NCBI RefSeq assembly: GCF_006345805.1 | Contig: NC_043003.1 | Coordinates: forward strand, 21,948,001-22,012,000 | Source of the DNA: Octopus sinensis | Lineage: Eukaryota | Reading direction: 5' to 3' | Length of the DNA stretch: 64,000 bases | Shown: positions 13,270 through 26,965 of the stretch, piece after piece | How positions within the stretch are numbered: position 1 is the first letter of the stretch | How the letters are laid out: the number at the start of each line of letters is the position of its first letter | Translations under genes and position numbers: made by a program | Notes under the pieces: model-generated | What the model was told of the DNA's origin: nothing | What the model saw: the letters and a program-made list of their open reading frames with translations, nothing else | Database searches by the model: none

Positions 13270-13740
13270 GCCTGAAGAAATGCTCAGCAGCATTTCTTCT
13301 GGTTCTTTATTTACGTCCTGAGTTCAAATGCTACCACGTTTAACTTTGCCTTTCATCATCAACATGTTAATGGAGTTTCTTCTAGTTCTATTTTTTGTTC
13401 AAATACCACTCAGGTTGACTTTGCTTCTCTTTCCAGAGTCAATAAAATAAGTATCAGTTGAGCACTGGGGTCGATGTAATTGGCTAGCCCCTTCCTGAAA
13501 CATTTCCGGCCTTGTGTCTGTAGTAGAAAGAACTATTATTAGGGCAGTGAGCTGGCAGAATCATCATGTTAGTGGAATTTCTTGTAGATTTATTCTGAGT
13601 TAAAATACCACTGAGGTTGACTTTACTTCTTCTTCCAGAGTCGATAAAATAAGTACCAGGTGAGCAGTGGGGCTGATGTAATTGACTAACTCCTCCCCAC
13701 AAAATTTGAAGCATTGTGCCTTTAGTAGAAAGAGCTATTA
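13270..13740 (+). mobile_element. Two tandem SINE family A copies
   Basis: ttgacttt..ttccagagtc(a/g)ataaaataagta(t/c)cag.tgagca.tgggg occurs twice (about 13415-13475 and 13617-13675). Confidence 0.7.
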
Positions 13741-13807
13741 TTATTATTATTATTATTTCTCTGTTAACTTATTTTCTGATAGATTTAGATAAATTCCATT
13801 CCTGTAG

Positions 13808-13833
13808 TATCTTTAGTTCGTAATCGTAGAAAG
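13808..13833 (+). CDS. Candidate microexon (xSLVRNRRK)
   Basis: ttccattcctgtag|TATCTTTAGTTCGTAATCGTAGAAAG|gtaaga, with an alternative acceptor at 13817. Splice signals only; no homology established. Confidence 0.2.
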
Positions 13834-14066
13834 GTAAGATTAGCTGTTGTGTGAGTGATCTTTAAAGTTAGTTGCAATCAAAAGTTGAACTGTATGTTGC
13901 AGCACTGGCAGAAATGATAAAAAATTCATATATCTCTTAAGAAATACATAAAACATCTACAACTGAAGATGAATAACATATCACTATGCACACATGCATG
14001 CAGACTTGTATGTATGTATGTGTTAATGTGTGTGTGTGTATATATATGTGTGTGTATGTATGTATC

Positions 14067-14118
<52 letters not shown>

Positions 14119-14404
14119 TACACACGTGTGGGTAGTATGTATCATCATCACCATCATTTAATGTCCATTTTCCATGCTGGCATGGGTTGTCCTGACCACA
14201 TGCATATGTGTATGTATACCATACTAACCATAGGCATTATGTGTTTTCTGTTGCAAGGCGAATGTACTGGTGTTTAATATAAAAGAAATCAGTTTAACAC
14301 TGCTATAAATTCTGCTGTTCTTTTATTCCTTTAATTGTTTCAATCACTTGGGTCTGGTCATGCTTTGGCACCACCATAAAGGGTTTTGGTCAATCAAACT
14401 GCTT

Positions 14405-15308
14405 CTAGAACAGAGTGGCTCTGTTGACTAATCTAGGCTTTTTTTTTTTTGTATGTTTCTGCATCATTTGGTCCAGTTGGCTGCAGTATACTTTGGCCAT
14501 GATTGATGATCCAGGTTTAATGAAATTATAATGGATCACACCTGTGCCAGACCACCAAACACACACCATCAGCTTCTTTTGGTGAATTTTGCTTTTTGGA
14601 CTGTATTTTGGTGGCACGTCTTTATCTAGCCATTGTTCTGAACATTTATGGTTGTTGTATTGGATCCATTTCTCATCATGTTACAATTCAATTAAAAAAT
14701 GATTCATTTTTGTGACGAGAAAGTAGCGTAATGCAGGCTTCCAAACTTTGCTGTTTCTGATTTTTATTGAGTTCATTTGGAACCCACTTATCCAACTTTT
14801 TCACTTTACCGATTTGAACTAGATGAGTCAATATTGTTTGCTTACTAACACCAAACAACGATAATTCATGAGCACTTTGAGATGTATCTGACTCAACGGT
14901 TACTTTCAGTTTGTCGTTATCCACCTTTGTTTCTGGTTGACTGCATTGCTCATTTGTGAGGTCAAAGTTACCAGAATGTAATTTTGCAGACTCTTTTGAT
15001 ACTGTCTGCTGTGTAATAACATTAGAAAGAAATATTCCATTAATATTCTGAGCTGTCTGTGATGCTGTATTTCTAAGAAAGAACTATTTCAAAACTGTAC
15101 GAATTTCCGACTTATCCATCTCTAAACAAAAATAGCAAAAAACGATTTATACTTTATAACGTGCAAAATGAGTTAGAATAAAGAAATAGATGTATCAGCT
15201 TTCTAACAAAAAATAAAGATTATCAAAATATAATAATGGTGCAAAATGAGCAGCTGTCAAAGTTTACCATAATACCTTACTACAGATTTCATACTTGATG
15301 ACCTAATA
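14405..15308 (-). mobile_element. Mariner (DD34D-type) transposon fossil, 3'-truncated
   Basis: Left end TA-TTAGGTCATCAAGTATGAAATC at 15308, ATG at 15119 (MDKSEIRTVLK), then KLDKWVPNELN (WVPHEL motif), DEKW and KKLMVCVWW. Stops and frameshifts; ends before the third Asp. Confidence 0.92.
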
Positions 15309-15780
15309 TAAAGACTGAATAGATGAAACAGTAATTACTGTATAATGGTGTATAAGATGCACCCCCACCAAGTACTGTGTGCTAAGTTAGGCCTATGTTA
15401 CATGCTTTACCCAATATCAGGGTAGGCCTATGTCTTGTCAGTCCAGAAGTTCCTTTCTGTTTTTTTTTTTTTTAGGCAGGTCTGCCATCTGTTGCCAGCT
15501 TACCAGGCCTGTTGTGGCTTCATCATATTGTTCATTTTTACTAGCTGAGTGGACAAGAACAATGTGAAATGAAGTGTTTTGCTCAAGAACACAGTGCATT
15601 GCCCAACCCAGGAATTGAAACTACAATCTTGTGATCATGAATTTAACACCCTAACCACTCAGCCATGCACCTCCACATTACATGTTTCAGTGCATTAGAA
15701 GCTTCCTTTTTCTTAATATGCACTGCTGACATTTGGGTGCATCTAATTATCCTCATGTGTCTTTTACACTATCAAATACA

Positions 15781-15838
15781 GTATGCAGTACCTCCATGCA
15801 GTCAGTACCTGAATACTGCTTGGAGGTACAACAGTACT
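15781..15838. ncRNA. Isolated pre-miRNA-sized hairpin (candidate)
   Basis: GTACCTCCATGCAGT (15788-15802) pairs with ACTGCTTGGAGGTAC (15815-15829) with one mismatch around a 12-nt loop; the stem extends further with bulges. Confidence 0.25.
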
Positions 15839-16319
15839 TGAACTAGGGTTTTGAAAATTGTCTTTGACAGGTCACAACACTGGATACAAAGTGATGATAC
15901 CATAGTCGGTACCTTGTTGGTTTGGTCAGCCTGTGACTGTTACCAACAATTATATTTATCGTGTGGATACCATTTCTAAGTCTTAATTATATAATTTATT
16001 CAAGCGCATCTCAGCTGCAAAAAGTAATGCAGATGTTTACAATTACTAAATGGAAAAATAGATATTAATTTGAAATTATGTTTGATAAACAGATAGATAT
16101 TTTATATGGAAATTACTTATAAAACATTAATTTTTGTTGGATCATGCCCAATACTATTTTATTTCAAGTTTGTGTGCATACATACAATTTTATCATTTTG
16201 TATATTTCATCCCCACCACATTCCACCAAGCACTGCAGTTTAATTTCCAATTCCTTCTATCCCATTCCACTGCTAAGCACTGCAGTTTTTTTTTCCAATT
16301 TATTATGTAAGTATATACT

Positions 16320-16542
16320 CTCTCTTTACTCTCTCTTTTACTTGTTTCAGTCATTTGACTGCGGCCATGCTGGGGCACCGCCTTTAGTCGAGCAACTCGA
16401 CCCCGGGACTTATTCTTTTTTTGTAAGCCCAGTACTTATTCTATCGGTCTCTTTTTGCCGAACCGCTAAGTGACAGGGACGTAAACACACCAGCATCGGT
16501 TGTCAAGCAATGCTAGGGAGACAAACACAGACACACAAACAA

Positions 16543-16584
<42 letters not shown>

Positions 16585-16746
16585 GACGGGCTTCTTTCAG
16601 TTTCCGTCTACCAAATCCACTCACAAGGCATTGGTCGGCCCGGGGCTATAGCAGAAGACACTTGCCCAAGATGCCACGCAGTGAGACTGAACCCGGAACC
16701 ATGTGGTTGGTTAGCAAGCTACTTACCACACAGCCACTCCTGCGCC
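16320..16746 (-). mobile_element. Full-length young tRNA-derived SINE (family B) with internal (TA)/(TG) tract
   Basis: Head GGCGCAGGAGTGGCTGTGTGG..GGTTCAGTCTC (A/B-box-like), core cttgggcaagtgtcttctgctatagcc, microsatellite, 3' part and (AGAGTAA)-like tail. Many degraded copies elsewhere in the window. Confidence 0.9.
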
Positions 16747-17941
16747 TAATGTATAGTATTGGTATATTGGTAGTAAAATTATCATCATTAACAATAATTT
16801 TTCATAGGTAGTTTTGTAAATTTAGTGAATCTACTTTTTTGTGTCACATCCACTTCTGCCAAATGGTTTAGGTGCAGAATGCTAAATGAACCATTGTCTG
16901 CCTTAGTTCTAATTATCATTATGAATATTTCATAATATAAACTATTTTCCATGGAGAAGCAATGTTGTTTTTGAATAGTTTCGTTAGAGAACTAGACTCT
17001 TAACAAGTGAAAAATATTTAATAATTGTTTACGTTGCTGAATTATTGGCAATTTTCTGAGTAAAAAGAGAAAGTAAATATATATATGAATTGTTGCAAGA
17101 TGCTGCAAAGTTGATTGTTAAAGCTAATATATTGGACCAATCCATTTTCCAACGAGGGTGTTGCCATTTCTCGTACACATTTTGAATATTTCTTTCTTCC
17201 CATTTTCTCTTGCTATCTCTGAACTTTTATGTGTTGCTGCAAGCATCATTGACAAATTGGCACTAGTTTTATTCTGAAATTACTTTGTCATTATAGATTT
17301 TGTCATGTATACTAATACTGTTGTTTTTTATTATGTTGTTTAGCCCCAAGTCTGTCTGCCTTGATCAAGTGCTCCTATGATTAAGGGCATTTCAACTGTA
17401 ATCATTGTGTTTGTTTGTTTGTGTGTGCGTGCACAAGCACACGCATGCACGCACAGTATACTCAAAACCAATGTGTTGGTTTTTAAGATGGTAGGGTGTG
17501 ATTTGAAGGAGATTTGATTGGTATTTCTAGCAGTTAGAACAACCATATAGACACTCTAACAAAGGAGTACCTTTTTGGATTAACTAACATTGTAGTTTAT
17601 ATATTAACACTTGTTGTAGAAAGTAGTTTTATATACCAGGCTGTATTCTGTTAAGGAGTGTCATGTTTGAAACTATTTTTTGTTGAGATGTGTCAAATTT
17701 ATTGAGGCAACATAATTTGCAGAAAATGCAAGTTCTAATTTTTGGGTAGATATTTTACATCATTACTGAAAAAGCCATGAAATTTAATTCACTGTGAAAA
17801 TGTCATATATGTGTATATATATAAATGTGTATGTGTATTGTTTATTTTTATGTTCAGTTATCATAATAACAATTTTACATTAATCTGATAGGTTACTTTA
17901 TACTTTTGTAGAGTACAAATTTATTATTTCTAAACAATAAT

Positions 17942-18456
17942 ATTATTGACAATGACTTTGAGCTTTGGCCAGCTAAGCCATCGTGGGACTGAGATGGATT
18001 GAAGTTAATCTTGGCTTTATATAGTCTTTGTTCAGTTAAAATCTTCCTTGGGTAAATGGGTTTGAGCGGAGTGGTAATTAAGTTGTAGGATGGGTTGTGG
18101 TAGAGAAGTGATTTGGAGAAGTTTTATTTCCAATACAACTAAAAATAGCTAAAACTACTGGCACATGCTAGACCTTCCTACATCCATTTTGTGAACCACT
18201 AAAAAACAATCCCATGATCTGAAGAGGACACACCTAAACATACACACCTGCTTACAAAGTTCTACATGTATGAATCGAATTTAATCAATAAAAACTTCTC
18301 TAAAACACCCATCTACCACAACACACCCTACAACCTAAATGCCACTCCACTGTAACCCACACACCCAAAGAAAATTTTAACTCAACAGAGACTATATAAA
18401 GCTATGGTTAACTTCAAAGCTTAGCTGGCTGAAACTTTACAGACAGTGTTAATAAC
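17942..18456. repeat. Imperfect long inverted repeat (fold-back); arms about 17942-18130 and 18284-18456
   Basis: The reverse complement of the right arm aligns over about 170 nt with mostly transition mismatches; the left arm has a 20-nt segment absent from the right. Confidence 0.9.
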
Positions 18457-21001
18457 ATTCTTGTTTATATATGCATATAAAAGGCCAAGTAGAAATCTTG
18501 TTGAGCACGTTTGATTCTGTGCATCATCAGCTCACCTAGTCATTTATAATGTTTCAAACCCAGGAATGCTCACATGTTATGCCCAGATGGGGAAAAAACA
18601 ATAGATAACCAGAAAACATTACTCAGAAAATGGTCAACTTTTGATCCACATTATAGATCTTTAAAATTTAACCACCCTGCTTTCTTTCATTTGTTTATTA
18701 TATGGTGTTTTTCCATGCTTGTATAGGTTGGATGTATATGTTATTTGAAGCATTGTATTTTCATCTGGATTATTCTTGCTGATCACTTATTCCACATGGT
18801 TTTGAAGGTGTGAAGTGCCCAAATTAGTTGCCTGGAAGAGCTGATAACACTACTCTCTGCACTTTCTTTCAAGCAATTGCAGCTGCAACAAACACAGGTA
18901 CACACATGCAAGTTCTTATGTGCTTGCGTATGTACACACTCATACATACACATAATCAGGAACACCTGATTACTGCAAGAAGTGTGTGCCACAAAAATAT
19001 AGTAATATTCCAGTATATAACTATATGTAAAATGTTCTGTCCTACTGCATGGTACCTTGAGCTAATGTCTTGTACTATAGCCTCAAGCCAACCAAAGGTT
19101 TGTGGGTGGATTTGGTAAATGGTAACTGAAAGAAGCGAAGGAAAATTGTGTCATTGTCATGCAAATGGTGTCCTTTATATCTTGTCTTCCATGAACAACA
19201 TGTTTGTCCAAGAGGAAGTATTACATTACTTGGAAACAGGCAAGGATTGGTGTCAAGAAGGGCATCCAGCCTTAGAAAATCTGCCTCAACAAATTCTGTG
19301 TGATCCATGCATGCATGGGAAAGTGAACATTATAAAGATATAAAACAATAGCTTCTGAAAGTCCTTGTAAATACAGAAGGAAATACATGAATTGGATGCA
19401 ATTTTATATTTTATGAGTTTATTGACTTATATCAGCGTAATAATTGTTTTGCTTTATAATATTGGAAAAGGGATGTTTGTTTCGATTTTTCCTCTTTGTG
19501 CATTTCCCTGTGGCAGCAGAGTGCATTGTTAACTTGTGTTCTTTCTACATCATTCTATATTCAGATTGGCTCCCATTTCATGTTTTCCCTTTCTCCTTCC
19601 TGTTTCACACCATCACCTCACTCACTCTGCTTGTCTTCTTTTACTCTCTTCTCTCTCTCTTGTTCATCTTCTGCAGTCAGCCTCTTTCCATTTCACCCTG
19701 TTAGTTATGGACGAATAAAAACATTGTAGATCGGTTAGAGACCTCTTTTGTCTTGCAGGGTACAAGGCAGCCTCACTGGTGTTGCTACCTTGACAAAATG
19801 CATCCAGTGCACCCTCTAAAGTGGTAGATAAACGAGCAGAGACATTTAAAGGCTGACAGACCCTTTTGTTTTGTCTTGTCAAGGACATGACTCCCTCTCT
19901 AGTGTTGATGCCAATACATTCTGTAAAGCGATCAATATTAGGAAGGATGTCCAGCTGCAGAAACCATGTTAAAATGTTTGAGAGAACATTAATTTCAAGT
20001 ACGAACCCACTAAAACCATGATAGCATGGAAAGTGGACACACAAAAAAAAAATTGTCCGTGTGTGTGTGTGTGTGTGTGTGTACACACAATTATATTTGA
20101 TACTTAACATAATAATTGCTTTGAGAGACATAACCATTGCCACAATAGAAACATATATGTTTAGTGTATCCAGTTACTTTAATACTTTTGCACCACTGTC
20201 ATGTGCCTGTCCAACAATTTGGACAGTATTAAGTGGACTTATCACAGTAGTTGGTCACACACACTCATTCACATTGCTAAAATATAATTACCCTAATGGA
20301 CCATATACATATTATATGCAGTACAAGCTTTACGGAAAACCTAAACTAGAAAATAACTAAAATTCAGAGGGTAAAAATTACAAGTACCATACCAATGTAC
20401 TAATAATTGTAAGTGGCTTTTACATTTTATTACCACTGATATTTATAACCTTGTCAGTCATGTTCAACTAGCAAATTTATGATAGACACTTCTCTTTAGT
20501 CCATAGGATGGCTTGTATTTAATGATACATATATTTTGTTTGTTGGGTGGCATGTTGGTAACTGAATAACCTAGTTATGAGGCTTTGAGATGTTTTTCAA
20601 CCTGTAGAATCTTGAAATATATTTTATAGAGAACATAAATATAGTAATGTTATTTTAAAATCTGCTTTGAAAGTTTGGATAATGAAATAAACAAAAACAA
20701 AAGAAACTAACATTTAGTTAAAAAACTATTCTGAAATTTAGACGAGGAATTATATATATATATATATAAGAACAGAAGAATGTTGTCTGGATTTGGATCT
20801 ATTTGACTGGTAGAATAGTTGATATGGTTTGCATTAGAAATAGGATAGAGCCTTAGAAACATTCATTAGGAATATTTTATTTAATTCGTATAAAGAGAAA
20901 TTAATTAACAAATAGTTAATTTCTTACATAATGCTTAGAAATTGTCACATGTTCTTTAAGCCTACTGAAATGTATTAATTGCTATCTTAAGATTAATAGA
21001 A

Positions 21002-21349
21002 GGCACATGGCTCAGTGGTTAGAGCGTCGAGCTTACGATTGTGAGGTTGTGAGCTCGAATCCCGGACCGGGCTGCGTGTTGTGTTCTTGAGCAAGACACT
21101 TTATTTCACGTTGCTCCAGTTCACTCAGCTGTAGAAATGAGTTGCGACGTCACAGGTGCCAAGCTGTATCGGCCCTTGCCTTTCCCTTGGACAACATCGG
21201 TGACGTGGAGAGGGGAGGCCGGTATGCATGGGCGACTGCTGGTCTTCCATAAAAACAACCTTGCCCAGACTTGTGCATCAGAGGGTAACTCTCTATGTGC
21301 AAACCCATGGTCAGTGTCTGACCGAAGGGGGTCACAACATAAGATTATT
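21002..21349 (+). mobile_element. Well-preserved tRNA-derived SINE (third family)
   Basis: A box TGGCTCAGTGG, B box GCTCGAATCC, and CORE/V-like GTGTTCTTGAGCAAGACACTT..CTCAGCTGTAGAAATGAG. Confidence 0.88.
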
Positions 21350-22523
21350 AAACACAAAATATACTTTTGTGTAGGATAGTGTGAGTTTTCTGTTTTTTTT
21401 AATTTTTTGATGATCCCTAGAATATGTTCTTTGCCATGACAAAGAAAAAAGTGAACAAAGGTGGGGAGGGGGCAGTTGACCATGGTAAATTTTTATTTCA
21501 GATTTGTTGAGCTATTGCAGTTGATGCTGTATTGTTTCATCTGAGTTCAGCTGCCTGCATTACTTTTAATTCTACAAAATATAAACCAAATATAACCTGC
21601 ACATTACATATGTGCATGTGTGTATATGTGAATACATACATGTGTGTGCGCATGCATGTATGTGTGTGTGTGATCATCTCACACACACATGCAAAACATG
21701 GAAAATTTTATATTACTCAGATAAGGTATATAAAATCTACCAACGCTTCTTTTATGTACATCTGATTAAACTACTGATTTTATATTTTCTGCAGACAGAA
21801 AAAAAAAGAAGAAAAAATTTCTTTATATCTACAGTTACAAAAAAAAAATGTATGTCTAGCATATATGTGTATATAAATATTTTTTGTTTATAAATATTAC
21901 CAATTGTATTCTTCTGGTTCCTTAAAGTATTGATGACCTATAGCTTCAAGATTAAAAGAAAAAAATAGAGAAAAGGAAAGACAAAGGAAACAGATCTGTT
22001 TTGTATTTTTGTGTGGAGTAGGAGGATGAAAAACAGGTATAGCAGAAATACTAAATAGCTGTTGCGCAATACAGTTGAATTGTCACTGTGACCTGATACT
22101 GAGCAAGCTGTAGGATTTCCTGCTATACAACTGAAATAGATATTTTTTTTTTTTACATTTTTTTTTCCTTCTTTTTTGTTTTGTTTTGTCTTGTAGTGGA
22201 TAGACAGATAATATCAAATGAAATACAGTGCTGTTGGAATAATAGGCTGCTGTGTTTCTTCATTTTAGATTTTGAGGAAAATAATAACGTAGGTTTTTGT
22301 TGTGATTGTTGTTGTTGCTTTTTATTGTCTCCTGCATTGAGAAACAATATTTTCTTTATGGAGTTGATTTAAAAGAAAAATTGTCTTATTGTCAAAGACT
22401 TTATTGCTTTATTATGAGTATATTGTTTAAAAGCAGAAGAGTAGATGGCTATGAATAAGTACATGCACACATTTGAAACACTCATAATAGCACTGAACTT
22501 TTCTCTTTAATTTTTATTATTTA

Positions 22524-22561
<38 letters not shown>

Positions 22562-23929
22562 ATGATGATGATATATTAGTGTGTGTATGTATATGTATGT
22601 TATTTACTTTTTTATTTTGAGGTTTAATATATAATATTTTAAAAATTGGTCAAGTGATCTTTTATTGATATTTTCTTGTGTGTATATTTCAAATATTATT
22701 TGGAGGAAGCTCACAATATGTTGTTGCTATTTCATTTCCCAGTTGTAGTTATTTCATTCCATTCGCTTTGCTGATGTTCCAGAGAAAGGCATGAATACTG
22801 TCACACATTGCTTTCTCTTACATATCTTGTGTTTGTCAGAAATCATTTTTTCCTGTGTGTTGTTATTGTCGTTACAAACCAATAGGTCTGTTAAATAGGG
22901 AGGAAATATTGCATATGTGACTGTTTCAAATTCAGCCAAAAAAAAAATGTTTTCAGAAAGATCTATTCTTGAGCAAAATTATATTCCTTTGTTGTGGTGT
23001 AGCTGATTCTCATGGAAATTTTTGCTGATTGGTCTCTCAAATTTTGCATCTAATTAGATAGCATCAGTCTTCACAATATTAAAAACTATATACACTCTTT
23101 TGAAAATGCTACTTGCATATATGATCATGAATGTATGCATAAGTATGCGCACGCACACACACACACACACGCACGCATGCATGCATACTCCTCCTCCTCT
23201 CTCAGTTTTGGTTATATCTTTTATGTTAACAAAAAATATGAAAGTACTATATTCATAAAGTTAAATTTTGGCCAAACATGCCATTTAGACATTAGGGAAA
23301 TGGTGTTTATAACTGTATTTTTGAAAATTATATTTCCATTACACATAGAAATTTATACATATGTTTCTGCTACCCTGCCACACACAAAGTCTCTCTCTCT
23401 CTATCTATCTATATATATATATCTATCTCTCATTACTAATATTTATGATCAGATGTTGAGACACATTGGAGCATATCCCAGTTTTTTAAGTGTTGTTGGA
23501 AGCCAGTCTATCACAGGTTTGCTCTTGGGAGGATTTGAGTTTTACAGTTTTTCTTTTCTGTTTGTTGTGTTGTAACACATCTACTTTTGGAAGTTATCAG
23601 TTAAGGTTATTTGCCACAGATTGTAGTATCTACAACTGCTCAATTCTTTAGACAGCACCCATTGCTACTTTCACATAAACTTATTAATTGGTATAATTAA
23701 TTGTAAAGGCTGTTCTTTATTTTTTTGTATATAATGAAGGTACTTTGTTTTGTTGACTTTTGTACCTTTAAATGCATAATTTCAGTGTTACAATCACGAT
23801 AAATTTTATCTGATAAACTGCAGTTGTTTGACAGATGACTTGATCTGAGACTGTGTGTTGTAGTTGAAACAGTTTCATCATGGAAGAACTATTTTAACCA
23901 TTCAAGAATTGTTATTATCTCATATTTAA

Positions 23930-24306
23930 TTAGCCTGTTATTATGTAACATGCTTCACGATTTTAGTGTACATACCTTATTAGTATTTCCTCCTATGTTC
24001 TATATACTCTGGGAACGCATTAAAGCCCTTTTCGGGGCTACTTTATTTGAATTCTTACTGTTGGGTAACTAATTTCATGTTATTACATAACTGACTTCAC
24101 AATTTGGATATTCATAACTTATTGGGAATTCCTAAAAACAAGATCCTGTGTAAGACAGTTCGGTATTTTCTGTAAATGCACAAAACGCATTTTAAGGGCT
24201 ACATACTTTGTATTGTTGTTATTGGATTAGCAAAACAATTATGAGAATGGACACAAGGGATAAGCCCTGCTTTCCCAGGAATTCCCAGGTACGTCAGCTA
24301 GTTTCT
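23930..24306 (-). mobile_element. Possible decayed Helitron-like element 5' part
   Basis: The minus strand begins ACTAGCTGACGTACCTGGGAATTCCTGGG, resembling the ACTAGC+GC-hairpin start at 1689. The rest is unrecognisable. Confidence 0.3.
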
Positions 24307-26152
24307 TAATAGTACAGTCTATGATGAAGTTTTATTGCACTCATATGCAACATGATCACGGACAAAATAATATTGTTATTTATCTTTCTGTCTGTCTAGT
24401 TAGTGATCGGGGCACAGAAGCACGCAGAAACTTTTTTACATTTCATATTAGACTGTGTAATTAGGACATGAAAAAACTTTATAATGAATGTAATAGCTTT
24501 TGTGTTGTCAAATGGCTAAAATGACTTTCTATGATGTAATTGTTAATTTATTGCTTGAGAAGGTCTCTTATCAGAGTTGGTATTGTTAAAAAATTTTCTA
24601 TAGTTGTATTTAAATGTGAGTAGATTAATCTACTTACTTCAGCCTAGCTATCTACAAAATAAAATAGAAAGAAAAGAAAAGAAGAGAGAGGAAAACATTA
24701 ATGGTAGACTATGACAACAAAAATAAAATACTTGACCTAATAAGTTTTGATGTAGTTTGTAAAACATTTTTACTTGATGCTAATATAGAAAGTGGCAGGA
24801 CTAATTCAATAATACAATGTTGATAGTACTAAAAGTACAAGAGTGCTAACTAGCACAGTGGATAGGATTTGAGGTAGTTTGAAGCTCTTTGATGACTACA
24901 AAGAGTTTCTCTTTGTTCAGAAAGGAAGATTGCATAAAAGATTTGTGATGTTTATCAGTGCAATATGTGTGGTGAGGCTTTAGGATGTAGAAAATTAGAG
25001 ATGAATGAGTTAACATGGTCTGTTTGATATCTCATTTTAAACTTTGAAAGAAGTTGATGTTGGAGAATGCCCAGTCTTTACTAATGTGTAAGATTATGAT
25101 CCATGGATATAATCTAGTGATCTATGTAAAAATTGACATGGTATTGATGAAATGTTTTAACTTTAGATTATTGGAAATAGCAGTGTAAGTGAAAATTATA
25201 GAATGCATTTAAGAAGATTGTCTAAATTTAGCAATTTGACAAATTGAAGTAAATAGCATTTATTTCATAATGAAGTTGGAATATTGAGAAAAAATTAATA
25301 CATGGCATTATGCTTGGAGAGCTGCCTTTGTTCATCAGCCTGTTTTGACTTTCATTGCCAAGGTTCTGTCTTTTGGTTTCATTATCTTGACTACTATTCT
25401 TACCTGACCTTAACTCTTATTGCTGCAGGTTATAACTGTCTAAGTGGAAGCACATGACAAGTTCTCATCGATTCTGATTGTTATGTCAAGTACTTGGTTA
25501 CCAGACACTTGCCAAATGAGATTTCTTCCAAGTATGGTTCCAGTTGTTTGTCCTGTCTGGCATTATTTATTATTATGATGATGTCTTTTTTTTCTTTTGT
25601 TATAGTTTTATTACTTTTTATATTAACTTTGTTTTTATTAACCATTGATGATACACCACCATTCAGTTTTATTATTGTGATCCTTTGGAACAGACATTTT
25701 AGCAATGGGGGGGGGGGGTTAACGTTCAGCATTGTTCCAATAATGGCCATTGACTAAGCAATATTCTGCAATTCCTTTTTGTGGATTAACTGAATTAACT
25801 TTTTGCAGATGTAACAACATCTATTCAAGCATACTTAGCTCTCTTGGTTTTGTAGCTTTATTATTACCATAAATTTAAGGCAGCAAAGCTGGCAGAATCG
25901 TTAGCATGCCAGACAAAATACTTAGTGGCATTTCATCTGTTTTTGCATTCTGAGATCAAATTCTGACATGGTTGACTTTTGACTTTCATACTTTTGGGTT
26001 GGTGAAATTAGTGCCAGTTAAGCACTGGGGTTGATGTAATTGACTAACCCCTCACTCAAAATTTCAGGCCTTGTGCCAAAAATAGAAAGGATTATAACCA
26101 TAAATTTAATAGCTTTTTGGTTGTTTTGCATTATGTTAGAGCATTCACTTCT

Positions 26153-26183
<31 letters not shown>

Positions 26184-26584
26184 CCACACAGCTACATTGT
26201 TAGTACCATTTTTTTTTTTTTTAGTATGATTTGAGGGATAACTGACTGCTATTTCTAGCAGGTTGAGCATTCACATGGGGCTCCCTTGGCTTATAGACTA
26301 AGTTTTTCTTCTTTTATAGTGGAGTTATGTTTTTGTAAATCTACTAATTTATCATTGTTGCAGCTCAGTACACATGTGTAGTTCTCCATTAGCTTGCACA
26401 AAGCTGTGCTCATGTTCAGTCAGATAGAAAAAAGCTAGGAGAGTATATAGGAATATTGTTTTGGAATCCCACACAACACATTCAAGAACTGCACAACGTG
26501 ATGAGTACTTCAGCTGTTTAACCTTGCTAAAACTTTGTCTTATTTAGTTGTTGTGCATAAATTAATTGGTATTTTCATTTATTA

Positions 26585-26965
26585 AGGTGGCAAACTGCAG
26601 AAGTGTTGCTATGCCAGGCAAAATGCTTAGCATTTCTTCCAGCTCTTTGTTCTGAGTTCAAATGTCACCAAGGTAAAACTTGCTACCAAAATAAAACGTT
26701 GCCTTGTTACGATCAATAAAACAGAGTAACAGTCAAGTTTGATGAAATCGACAAACACCCTCCCCTAAAATTTGCTGGCCTTGTTCCAAAACTTGAGAGA
26801 ATTATTGCTATGTCCTGAGTTCAAATTCTATTGAGGTTGACTTTGCCTTTCATCTTTTAAAGGGTCAATAAATTAAGTACCAGTGAAACACTGGGATTGA
26901 TGTAATTGATTAGTCCCCTCCCCCAAAATTTCAGGACCTTAATCCTTCAGTAGAAAGGTTTATTA
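26585..26965 (+). mobile_element. Two tandem SINE family A copies
   Basis: ctgagttcaaat..gaggttgactttgcctttcatc..gtcaataaattaagtaccag; a second, more degraded copy lies upstream. Confidence 0.7.

Noticed and set aside
21002-21075. tRNA-like head
   Set aside because: It has no complete cloverleaf or acceptor stem and continues into a SINE body.
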